Source: Mobula hypostoma (lineage: Eukaryota). Taken from it: 64,000 nucleotides of DNA. The translations under genes were made by a program, and so were the position numbers. Below the pieces are notes generated by a model. The model searched no databases. It was not told where the DNA came from and worked only from the letters and a program-made list of their open reading frames with translations. Below, piece by piece: positions 12,753 to 23,204 of the stretch. Position 1 is the stretch's first letter; the number at the start of each line of letters is the position of its first letter. The stretch lies in the NCBI RefSeq assembly GCF_963921235.1, contig NC_086097.1, positions 37,326,001 through 37,390,000 on the forward strand, given 5' to 3'.

Positions 12753-12915
12753 ATCCCAGTGGAAAAATACTATAACTAAGTAAAATGATGAATCTACATT
12801 TGGGAATAAAATTAAATATTAAAATACATTGTTCAAATTTAGAGCCAGAAACTAAACTGATGGAGGAATTCAGTAGGTCAGGCAGCATCTATGGACACTG
12901 AGCATGATTCATGAT

Positions 12916-14699
12916 GGTGAATTGATTATGGGGAGCAAGGACATGGCAGACCAATTGAATAGTTACTTTGATTCTGTCTTCACTAAGCAGGACATAAATA
13001 ATCTTCCAGAAATAGTAGGGGACAGAGGGTCCAGTGAGATGGAGGAACTGAGCGAAATACATGTTAGTAGGGAAGTGGTGTTAGGTAAATTGAAGGGATT
13101 GAAGGCAGATAAATCCCCAGGGCCAGATGGTCTGCATCCTAGAGTGCTTAAAGAAGGAGCCCAAGAAATAGTGGATGCATTAGTGATAATTTTTCAAAAC
13201 CTGTTAGATTCTGGACTAGTTCCTGAGGATTGGAGGGTGGCTAATGTAACCCCACTTTTTAAAAAAGGAGGGAGAGAGAAACTGGGGAATTATAGACCGG
13301 TTAGCCTAACGTCGGTGGTGGGGAAACTGCTGGAGTCAGTTATCAAGAATGTGATAACAGCACATTTGGAGAGCGGTGAAATGATCGGACAAAGTCAGCA
13401 TGGATTTGTGAAAGGAAAATCATGTCTGACGAATCTCATAGAATTTTTTGAGGATGTAACTAGTAGAGTGGATGGGGAGAACCAGTGGATGTGGTATATT
13501 TGGATTTTCAAAAGGCTTTTGACAAGGTCCCACACAGGAGATTAGTGTGCAAACTTAAAGCACACGGTATTGGGGGTAAGGTATTGGTGTGGGTGGAGAA
13601 TTGGTTAGCAGACAGGAAGCAAAGAGTGGGAATAAACGGGACCTTTTCAGAATGGCAGGCGGTGACTAGTGGGGCACCGCAAGACTCAGTGCTGGGACCC
13701 CAGTTATTTACAATATATATTAATGACTTGGATGAGGGAATTAAATGCAGCATCTCCAAGTTTGCGGATGACACGAAGCTGGGCGGCAGTGTTAGCTGTG
13801 AGGAGGATGCTAAGAGGATGCAGGGTGACTTGGATAGGTTGGGTGAGTGGGCAAATTCATGGCAGATGCAATTTAATGTGGATAAATGTGAAGTTATCCA
13901 CTTTGGTGGCAAAAATAGGAAAACAGATTATTATCTGAATGGTGGCCGATTAGGAAAAGGGGAGGCGCAACAAGACCTGGGTGTCATTATACACCAGTCA
14001 TTGAAAGTGGGCATGCAGGTACAGCAGGCGGTGAAAAAGGCGAATGGTATGCTGGCATTTATAGCGAGAGGATTCGAGTACAGGAGCAGGGAGGTACTAC
14101 TGCAGTTGTACAATGCCTTGGTGAGACCACACCTGGAGCATTGTGTGCAGTTTTGGTCCCCTAATCTAAGGAAAGACATCTTTGCCATAGAGGGAGTACA
14201 AAGAAGGTTCACCAGATTGATTCCTGGGATGGCGGGACTTTCATATGAAGAAAGACTGGATGAATTGGGCTTGTACTCGTTGGAATTTAGAAGATTGAGG
14301 GGGGATCTGATTGAAACGTATAAGATCCTAAAGGGATTGGACAGGCTAGATGCAGGAAGATTGTTCCCGATGTTGGGGAAGTCCAGAACGAGGGGTCACA
14401 GTTTGAGGATAGAGGGGAAGCCTTTTAGGACCGAGATTAGGAAAAACTTCTTCACACAGAGAGTGGTGAATCTGTGGAATTCTCTGCCACAGGAAACTGT
14501 TGAGGCCAGTTCATTGGCTATATTTAAGAGGGAGTTAGATATGGCCCTTGTGGCTACGGGGGTCAGGGGGTATGGAGGGAAGGCTGGGGCGGGGTTCTGA
14601 ATTGGATGATCAGCCATGATCATAATAAATGGCGGTGCAGGCTCGAAGGGCCGAATGGCCTACTCCTGCACCTATTTTCTATGTTTCTATGTTTCTATG
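12916..14699 (+). mobile_element. Young CR1 LINE, 5'-truncated (RT region and 3' UTR)
   Basis: Two long ORFs (213 and 371 aa) separated by one frameshift near 13473; complete RT motifs including FADD; hairpin gggccgaatggcc and (TTCTATGT)n tail; sits inside a PLE remnant (~12850-12915 / 14700-14720). Confidence 0.95.
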
Positions 14700-15271
14700 A
14701 TAGAAGTTTTGGGTCGAACCGAATATCAGGATAAATTTAGCTAAGGGGTAGCACCTAACTTTGCATTGTAGGTAGATTTAAGTCACCACCATCAGTTTTT
14801 GGATAAATTTTATGAATACAAATCTTACAACTTTTGAAAGTTCTGTGTTTTCAAGACTGCTTGAGCTTCTTAAAACACCGTGGGTTTTGGACAATGACCA
14901 AAAGTGGCCCAATGAAATCAATCTTGTGAATACAGTTGAGTAACGTGAACACTTTCAGGGAAGTATTCCAGGCTGTTAGCAAAGAACGCCGAAAAGCCAT
15001 GGTGGGACAGAGGGATATCACAAGGCCAGACCCAAAAGAATGAGAAATGATGCAGAATCCTAGAAATAAAGAAAAGCGCAGAGATGATAAAGAACAAAGC
15101 AATGGAACAACTGTGGATAAGAAAAAAGGTTTCTTGGAACTGAAGCCTTAAGGTCATCAATGAAATGTCCAGATTCACCGAGTAAGTTAAATTGGAAGGA
15201 TAGGATATGGGCAACAGAATTTTAGACCCAATGCAATTCGTGAGAGCAGAAGTTAAGAGACCATTAAACAA

Positions 15272-15690
15272 TCACACATAATGCTGTCAGAGCTCAGCAG
15301 GTCAGGCAGCATCTACGGAAGTGAATAAACGGTTGATGTTTCGGGCCGAGACCCTTCTTCAGGACTGGAAAGGAAAGGCAGAATAAAAAGCTGGGGGGAG
15401 GACAAGAAGGACAAGCTAGAATGTGATAGGTGAAGTCAAGTGTGTGGAGGAGGGGTGATAAAGCAGGAAGCTGGAAGGTGATGTGGAAAAGGCAAAGGGC
15501 AGGAGAAGAAGGAATCTGATGGGAGAGGAGAAAGGGAAGGACGAGGGGCACCAGGGGTACATGATAGGCAACTGGGGAGAAGAGATAAGAGAGCAGAATG
15601 GGAGAAGTGAAGAAGAGGGAAAGGGAGGGGGGAAATTACAAAATTGATGTTCATACCATCAGGTTGGAGGCTGCCCAGAAGGAATACGAC
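15272..15690 (-). mobile_element. Penelope-like element 3' end (GIY-YIG C-terminus, pyrimidine-rich UTR, pLTR with degenerate hammerhead)
   Basis: Minus strand ~15690-15640 translates VFLLGSLQPDGMNINF, resembling the PLE endonuclease C-terminal L.TL.P.GMN motif; followed by cagtcCTGAAGAagggtctcggcccGAAAcatc at 15367-15330. Confidence 0.8.
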
Positions 15691-16569
15691 TGTTAAGCAT
15701 TAAGCAGACTGTTGGAAAAGTGAGAGCCTCAAAGTGTCAAAGACACAGATAGGTCTGTTGGGATAGTGGTGGCAGGTGAGACTGGAATTAGGAATGCATT
15801 TTAATGATGGCTTGTATGTAAAACAGAGAGTTCAGCTGATGGTCAAATACCAAAATTGTGCACCGTCAGCATGAGCAAGCTGTTGTAAAGATGATGAAGT
15901 CAAAGTCTACGTTTTTGGTGGAGACAAACCAAAGGCTTTGGTTTTGCTGATGTAATTTGAAAGAGGTTATTGTTCGTCCAGAACTGGGGAGACTCAGATC
16001 GCTGTACAGTCATTCAGTATAGATCCTCTAAGCATAGGAAGGAACAGGTTCAACAGAAACATTCCCAGGGGCACGGGAAAACACCAGATTAAAAAAACTA
16101 TGGGTGAGAGAGGGGAGAGGAGTTCTGGAAAGAATGTTCAAAAGGATACAAATGTCAAAGGTAAAAGGGGATAGGTTAAAATAAAGTTTATTTTATTATG
16201 AACCATGTCACACCCATAGCTCATTAGATAAAATCTATAGATGTATAAAAAGGAGGAGCTGAGAAATCACTGAGAGAAATGGACTCACCAGCTACTAGCC
16301 AAGTGCAATATTATTAAGTTATCCAGGCTGTGTCAGTGAATGACTAGTGGAGTAGATGAATAGTCTGAGATTTATGTCAATGGCTTAATGGAGAGGCATA
16401 GAGTCACAGAGTAATACAGCATAAAAACAGGCCCTTTGCCCCAACTTGTACTTGCTTGACCAAGACGCCAACCTAAGCTAGTCCCATTTCACCTGTATTG
16501 CCAGAGGAGAGTGACGGAGGAAAACTGGGGAATACAAACACAAGAGATTCTGTAGAAGCTGAACACCCA

Positions 16570-16625
16570 GCAGGGGTTGCCAACCCTTTTTATGCCATGG
16601 ACCCCTGCCATTAACCAAGGGGTTA
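16570..16625 (+). mobile_element. hAT/Charlie-type MITE end fragment
   Basis: cagggggttgccaaccctttttatgccatggacccc resembles hAT-Charlie termini. Confidence 0.4.
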
Positions 16626-16792
16626 ACTAGTTAAGCAACCTCATTTGTGGCACCTTGCCAGAGGTCTTCTGAAAATCCAAGTACACAACATCAACCAACT
16701 CTCCTTTGTCTATCCTTCAAAGAATTCCTATAGGTTAGTCAGGCAAGATTTTCCCTTAAGGAAACCACGCTGACTATGGCCTTATTTTATTA

Positions 16793-16980
16793 AAGTTGCT
16801 GGTGAATGCAGCAGGCCAGGCAGCATCTGTAGGAAGAAGTGCAGTCGACGTTTCAGGCCGAGACCCTTCGTCAGGACTGTTAGCACCTCTTCCTACAGAT
16901 GCTGCCTGGCCTGCTGCATTCACCAGCAACTTTGATGTGTGTTGCTTGAATTTCCAGCATCTGCAGAATTCCTGTTGTTT
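16793..16980. mobile_element. 188-bp PLE-derived fold-back retroelement
   Basis: 51-bp inverted arms with one mismatch (16792-16842 / 16883-16933); 14-bp TSD GCCTTATTTTATTA at 16779-16792 and 16981-16994. Confidence 0.9.
16842..16879 (-). ncRNA. Minimal type I hammerhead ribozyme motif
   Basis: Minus strand CAGUC-CUGACGA-AGGGUCUCGGCCU-GAAA-CG-UC-GACUG: perfect 5-bp stem I, CUGANGA and GAAA boxes, short stem II, palindromic ACGU in place of stem III, GUC cleavage triplet. Confidence 0.8.
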
Positions 16981-17089
16981 GCCTTATTTTATTATGCACT
17001 TCCAAGTACCCCAAAACCACTTTCTTAACAATCGACTCCAACATCTTTCCAACCACTGAAGTCAGACTAACTGGCCTATCATTTCCTTT

Positions 17090-17425
17090 TGTAACTCTTG
17101 CTCCGGCTAGTGGCTTAATATAGGGGATGATAGCCCCCCCGGCCCAGCCAAACTTAAGAAATCTCACTTGGGTGGATGCTGCATGATGCGTCCTATTACA
17201 AAGCAGTACCACAAAATAACAAACAGTACACAGTATGCGATTAAACGATTGAGCTTTATAATTCTTAATTTGACTGTATGGTTAGTAAAGAAACCAAAAA
17301 AAGAAAAGGGGTCCATTCTCATGAAACAGTCTAATGCACAATGTTGGAGCTCACTGATAAGGCCGTTCGCCCACCATCAACCTCCTCCCATCGTCGCTGA
17401 CCTTCTGACCTTCGGACCCAGCAGG
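17090..17425. mobile_element. Possible partial LTR inserted in CR1
   Basis: Abrupt non-CR1 sequence starting TGTAAC; the other end appears lost in a deletion; no coding evidence. Confidence 0.3.
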
Positions 17426-17954
17426 CTATCTCCCATGGTAATTTGTAGACCACATCCTTACTATGGTTTGGGGGTCTGTATACAATTCCCAAGAGGGTCT
17501 TTTACTCTTGCAGTTCTTTAGTTTTACTCACAGTGATTCAACATCTTCTAATCCTATTGTCACCTCTTTCTAAGGATTGAAGTCATTTTTTACCAACAGA
17601 GCCATCCCACCCCCTTTCCCTATCTGCCTGTCCTTTAATTACAACTTTAAGCTCCCAACTATAATCTTTCAGCCACGATTCAGTGATGCCCACAACATCA
17701 TACATGCCAATCTCTAACTGTGCTACAAGTTCATCTACCTTATTCCGTATACTCCACGCAATCAAATATAACATCTTCAGTCCTGTATTCTTCCTTTTCC
17801 ATTTCATCCACTTTTACACTGCAACTTGTCCTGTTGACTGTAACTTTGCCCTATCATCAGCACCTCCTTGCTAGCAATCTCATAATACACTGCCTCTGTA
17901 AACCAACAGCCTCATCCTCACAGCATTCAAGCCCTGCCCACAACTGTCAAGCAT

Positions 17955-18340
17955 CCTTCAATGATTCAAGTCTAGTCTGGAATTGCCACTTCACCCACGA
18001 GGTGGCTTTCCGGAGATCATACCTGGACCTCTTGTAACTTTCTTGGTTGCCAGGTTTGAATGCCTCTCATCTTTCTGTCAGCAGATTGCAGGTCTCATGG
18101 TTCATTCAGGGCTTCTGGTTGGGGAAGACTCTGAATGACTTTGTGGGACATCCTCACCTACAACTGTTCTAGTATATTCCGTGACAACCACGGTGTATTC
18201 ATTCAGATGCACAGCTGAATCCTTGACCACAGCCCAGTCCACTGACTCAAAGCAATCCTGTGGCTGCCCTTCTGGCTCCTGTGACCACTTCCTTGTTGTT
18301 ATATCTCTGGATCTTTGCTCCTTAGTCTGTGCCTGTATTT
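17955..18340 (-). mobile_element. Rex1/Babar internal fragment (EN-RT linker)
   Basis: Minus strand RYDLRKATSWVKWQFQTRLES-like linker, comparable to the copy at ~38.7-39.2 kb. Confidence 0.55.
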
Positions 18341-18819
18341 AATTGCATCCTAATGGGCAGGCGTCTCAGAGAACTGGCTGACATTTAACACAAGTATATT
18401 TAAATGCTTCCTAATGCACGCGGATTAAGATAATTCAGAGACACATGGCAATCTAATTATAACTAATTTGTTGGTAATAAAAGGGAATTTTTTCTGCATA
18501 AAATGCGTAGTGAGATGGGCAAAATCAAAACAGATTTATAATCCAAACCACAACTAACAAACGTGTTTGTAGAAAACAGGAACAGGACCTTCAGCTTGTC
18601 ATCTCCCTGGCAATGCACCCCTGGCACCTCCCACACTGTGTGTTAAAATAAAACATGTCCCACAAATCTCTTTTAAACTTTTCCCTTTCACCTCAGATGT
18701 TTGTAAGAGACTCAGACTCTCTAATCTAGGCCTCTCATAACTTTATGTTCTTCTGTCAGGTCGCCCTGCGGCCTTTTATATTCCAGCAAGAATAAATGCG
18801 GCAAACCCAATCTGCAAAG

Positions 18820-19624
18820 ACGGGTGGTGGAACGGCTGGCCCTCTGGTGTGGTCAGAACAATTTGGAGCAAAATACGCTCAAGACTGTGGAGATGACAAT
18901 GGACTTCAGGAAGAGCCCCCCAGTACTCCCCCCACTCACTATACTCCACAGTATTGTGTCTGCTGTGGAGACCTTCAGGTTTCTGGGTGTCACAATCTCC
19001 CAGGACCTGAAGTGGACACCCAACGCAGACACTGTTATCAAAAAGGCTCAGCAGAGGTTGTATTTCCTACGTCAACTCAGGAAGTACAACCTGCCTCAGG
19101 AGCTGCTGATTCAATTCTATTCAGGAATAATCCAGTCTGTTCTCTGTTCAGAACTGTCCATCACTGTCTGGTTTGGATCAGCTACCAAACAAGACAAGAA
19201 TAGACTCCAAAGAACCGTCAGGGCTGCGGAAAGGATTATTGGTGTGAAGCTGTCTTCGATCCAGGACTTACATGCATCTAGAGTCAGGAAGCGAGGAAGC
19301 AGCATCATTGTAGACACATCACCTGTTCCAACTCCTTCCTTCTGGTAGGCACTTTAGATCACTGTATGCCAGGACAAATAGGTACAAGAACAGTTTTTTC
19401 CGTATGCCATCAGTCTTATGAACACTTGAATTTTAGTCTATTATAAACCAAGTCCACCTGTACATACACAGGTATACCTCATTGTATATAGTTCACGATT
19501 ATTTGCACTATTGTTTTGTTTGCTTTTTGATTCTGTACAGCTAGAGCTCAGGGAAACCGGCATCAAATTCCCTGTATGTGTCTACATACTTGGCGATAAT
19601 AAAGGATTCTGGTTCTGATTCTGA
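18820..19624 (+). mobile_element. Rex1/Babar LINE 3' part
   Basis: WCGQNNL..NTLKTVEMTMDFRK, FRFLG, KKAQQRLYFLRQLRK, LQRTVRAAERIIG; AATAAA plus (ATTCTG)n tail. Confidence 0.88.
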
Positions 19625-20264
19625 CCTTTCTAAGTTCAGGTCTTCTGCAGGTTTGAACCCCAAACTTATGAACAGCCTCTACATACAATCGAGTATCTGG
19701 GAGAATGGAGGTGGGGACGGTGAGGTATGGTGATGAACGGATAGTGATGTGTTTTTCTGCTGCAAGGCTGCAGACATCATCGGCGGAGTACTCCAGGTGT
19801 GGCCGTGCAGAGTTTTGTTCAACTGCAACACTCAAAGCACCAAATGATGAAGCCAAGCAAGCCATATACCTTCTTTACCACCCCATCTACTTGTGTAGAC
19901 ACTTTCAAAGAGCTATGCAGTTGCACCACGAGATCCCACTGTATATCAACACTTAGAATATTCCTGCCATATACTCCATACGTTCTACCAAAGCATGTTC
20001 AAACTTGATATAAAATTACTTGCATCCAAAGTTTTCCTACAATCCATTTCTCAACTTAGATACTGGGGAATTCAGCTGTGCGGTTCCAGTTGCAAGTTTC
20101 CTGTTCTTTAAACCTGGTTGTGTAGAGCTCCCAAATGTAGGATGAATGAAAGAAATTTCATGATATTCTACAATTCATTTATTTTAGATTCCACAGTTAG
20201 TGTATTAGAATATACAAGAGCATCAGCAGAAAGCAAGGGTTCAAACAATGTCATCAATCCTTAG

Positions 20265-20830
20265 GATCATAAGACTTTGAAACAGAATTATGCCATTCGA
20301 CCCATCGAGTCGACTCTGCCATTTGATCAAGACTAATTTATTATCCCAGTTTTCCTGTCCTCTCCCCATAACCTTTGACAGTCTTACTAATCAAGGACAT
20401 ATCAATCTCTGCTTTAAGTATGCCCAATGGCTTGGCCTCCACAGCCACCTGTGGCAATGAATTCCACAGATTCACTACCCTCTGGCTAAGGACATTCCTT
20501 CTCTTCTCTGTTCCAAAGGGACATCCTTATATTCTGAGGCTGTGCCCACTGGTCCTAGACTCCACCACTATATTCAATAAGTTTCAAAAGATCCAACCCC
20601 CTCCCCACCCTTCTACACTCCAGCAGGTATATCCCCAGAACCATCAAATGTTCCTCATTGTACATTAACCCTTTCATTCCTGGGATCATTCTCATGCGCT
20701 TCCTCTGGACCCTCTCCAATTTTTTTTAGCTAGGGGACCCAAAATTTCTCACAGTACAACAAGTGCAATCTGTGCAATGCCTTCTAAAGTCTCAGCATTA
20801 TATCCTTGCTTTTATATTCTAGTCCTCTCG
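20265..20830 (-). mobile_element. CR1 3' fragment
   Basis: Same 3' UTR and ORF2-end sequence as the 519-1036 copy. Confidence 0.75.
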
Positions 20831-21719
20831 AAATAATCCTTTGGAATGAAATTCTATATTTGTGGAATACAACAGTTGAATAAATAGACACAACTTAGCT
20901 TTGAATAAGGAACTGACAAATTAGTGAAAACAATTGTTAAATATACACATCTGAAAATTATTAACATTTTAAATAACGTAGGTAGGAATTCAATGTTGGG
21001 CATTCAGAATATCATAACATTTCAATGCTAAATTCTGCCCACATAGTACTCCTAATATGAGTCACTGCAACTTAATTTATTATGAAAGGACATCGTTCAG
21101 TTGTGGCTGTGGTGACTAATATTTTGCTTAAATGGAAACACACTCTAAAGGTAGGTAGTGTGGAAAACTGAAGGCCATACTACTATTTAAAAAAATAATA
21201 ATTAAAAATAATAAGATTCAACATTGCTTGGTTCTACAGGGGCTCACAAGTTTGCAGCTGAGCCAAAATAAACAGCTGCGGCTGTGTGTTACTACTTCCC
21301 TGTCACCTGGCCCTGGTTTCCATAGTAGCATGGCAGCAAGGACAGGTGCAATGGAGTCAGTGGTGCACAGCATGCAGTTTGTGCTCAGACAGCCAATCAA
21401 CTTCCCTCTGCTGGCCCACAATGGAGCTCAGAAATTCGGGCAACACTGGCCTAACCGGTTCCTTTGTAAACTCCATTGGCCTGGTTTGACTGCTTTCCCC
21501 GTGGTCTTGTCTTTATTCTTTCTCAAGTCAATCACTCCTGTACTTGTTCAGTACACATCAAAAATACCTACCTGAAGCTTATGTATGCTATTGAAATTAA
21601 AAAGACAGAAGAGTTTCTTAAGATAGTCAGTGTGAGTGAGGAACTTTTCTGACAACTATCCAAGAGCTGATTGTAAATACTGTATTAATGAAAAAAATCA
21701 AGAACAGTAATTTTGTCTT

Positions 21720-22700
21720 TCTTCTTTGGTGGCCCTTGGAGTCAAGGGTGACTTGTTTCAATTGCTGACGTGACTCAAGAGCCAAATATGGGTCGTCATG
21801 CTTTCCCACAGGTGGGCAGGAAGGACTTAAAGGGGCAGATTGATAGGTAATTTCTGTGTGATCTGCTCTTCCTGCTGGCTATTCACGACTGAATTTTCTC
21901 AGTGCCATCCAGAAAGTTCCATCTCCATTTTGAATGATTTTGGGCAGGAGTCAATAGGGGTATTGCACTCATTGAAGAAGACTTTAAGAGCATCCTTGAA
22001 TTGTCCCCCATGTTCATTGGGTAATCTCTTGCTTTGATTGAACTCAGAGTATAGAGTCTGTATTGTCACCTGTCCATTGGGCTGACAGAGTGCAATCGGA
22101 CTACTGATGCTTGGGGTCATTGGCCTGCAACAAAGCACAGATGTGAATTTTGACTTTGACCATCTACATCTCTGTTATGAGCCTGCTAAACGATGCTATG
22201 CACAGCATGATCTCAACCCATTGGGACGACAAACCCTGTCTCAGCGCAGTCAGGTGTTAAACAAGGCTGCGTGATGTCCAAAATACATTGTGTAACCTTT
22301 TATTGAGAGGGTGCCGAATCTCATCCCCAATAAGTTTTTTGTCTAGATGAAGCTGAATGGGAAACTATTCAATTGGCATTGCCCCCACTGTTAGATCTGA
22401 CCTCAGTAATACAACAGTGTCCCTCACATGATGCCTCCATATGTACCTGTTTGAAGGCTGAGATCCAAGCCAACATCAAGTTAATCATGGAAGCAAATAA
22501 GAGCACAAATCTCTCACATAACATTCACAAGACTAAGGTTTAATGCCAACCTGCCTTCTCTGTAAACAACACCAATCAACAATAAATGCCCACAAAGATC
22601 CAAGAAAACATGAAAAATCTTTTATACAGTATCTCAGGAGACAACTGCTAAGGATGGCAGATATTAATGATTAAACTCATCATTGCTTTCACTGCAACCG
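21720..22700. mobile_element. Degenerate RTE-clade LINE remnants
   Basis: Minus strand LYSE...GGQFKDALK...CNTPIDS resembles the RTE C-terminus (GGQ.KRFKD.LK..LK.CNI..DSWE); + strand ~22450-22700 resembles post-YADD RTE RT (N.IHKTK, YL....ADI.D). Confidence 0.5.
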
Positions 22701-23204
22701 TGACAACTGTTGGTAGAATTTGAAGCTCAAATTGAAGTTAGTGCATGGAGGAATGTGTGGTGTGTAATATCTTTAGACATTGGTTTAACATTAAAAAAAA
22801 ATCATATGTGCTAGCCAAGTTTGCGAAGCTACAATCATCAATTCACCTAGAAATGATCATTAACGTAACGTGCTGCAAATTTAACATGATCTTTGGTTGT
22901 GAAAGTTTGAGAACCAGAAATAACAAATTTCTGATCAAGGACAGACAGGTTTTCTTCATCGAGCTTCAGATTTATTTATCACATGCACATTGAAACATGC
23001 CTGCAGTGTTCAACAGAATACAAGCAGCAATAAACACAGCAAAACTAAACAACAGTAGCAAAACAAGCCCCTTTCTCACTCACACACGGGCAGGCCTTCA
23101 TCCCCAGGACACGCCACCTCTGGGTCTCTGGTCCTTTGCCCCAATACTCAGCCTCACAGGCATCAGGCCTCCAAACTCCAATCCCTGGCCCGGACCTACA
23201 GACT

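Larger units (their letters stand above)
16633..17945 (-). mobile_element. Fragmented CR1 LINE (endonuclease N-terminus and part of RT)
   Basis: LYLIAWSIRNKVDELVAQLEIGMYDVVGITESWLK (APE domain start) and RPVSLTSVVGKMLESI; interrupted at 16793-16980 and 17090-~17425. Confidence 0.8.

Noticed and set aside
18974..18984. MEF3 motif TCAGGTTTC near 18976
   Set aside because: It lies in Rex1 RT coding sequence (FRFL codons), so it is most likely incidental.
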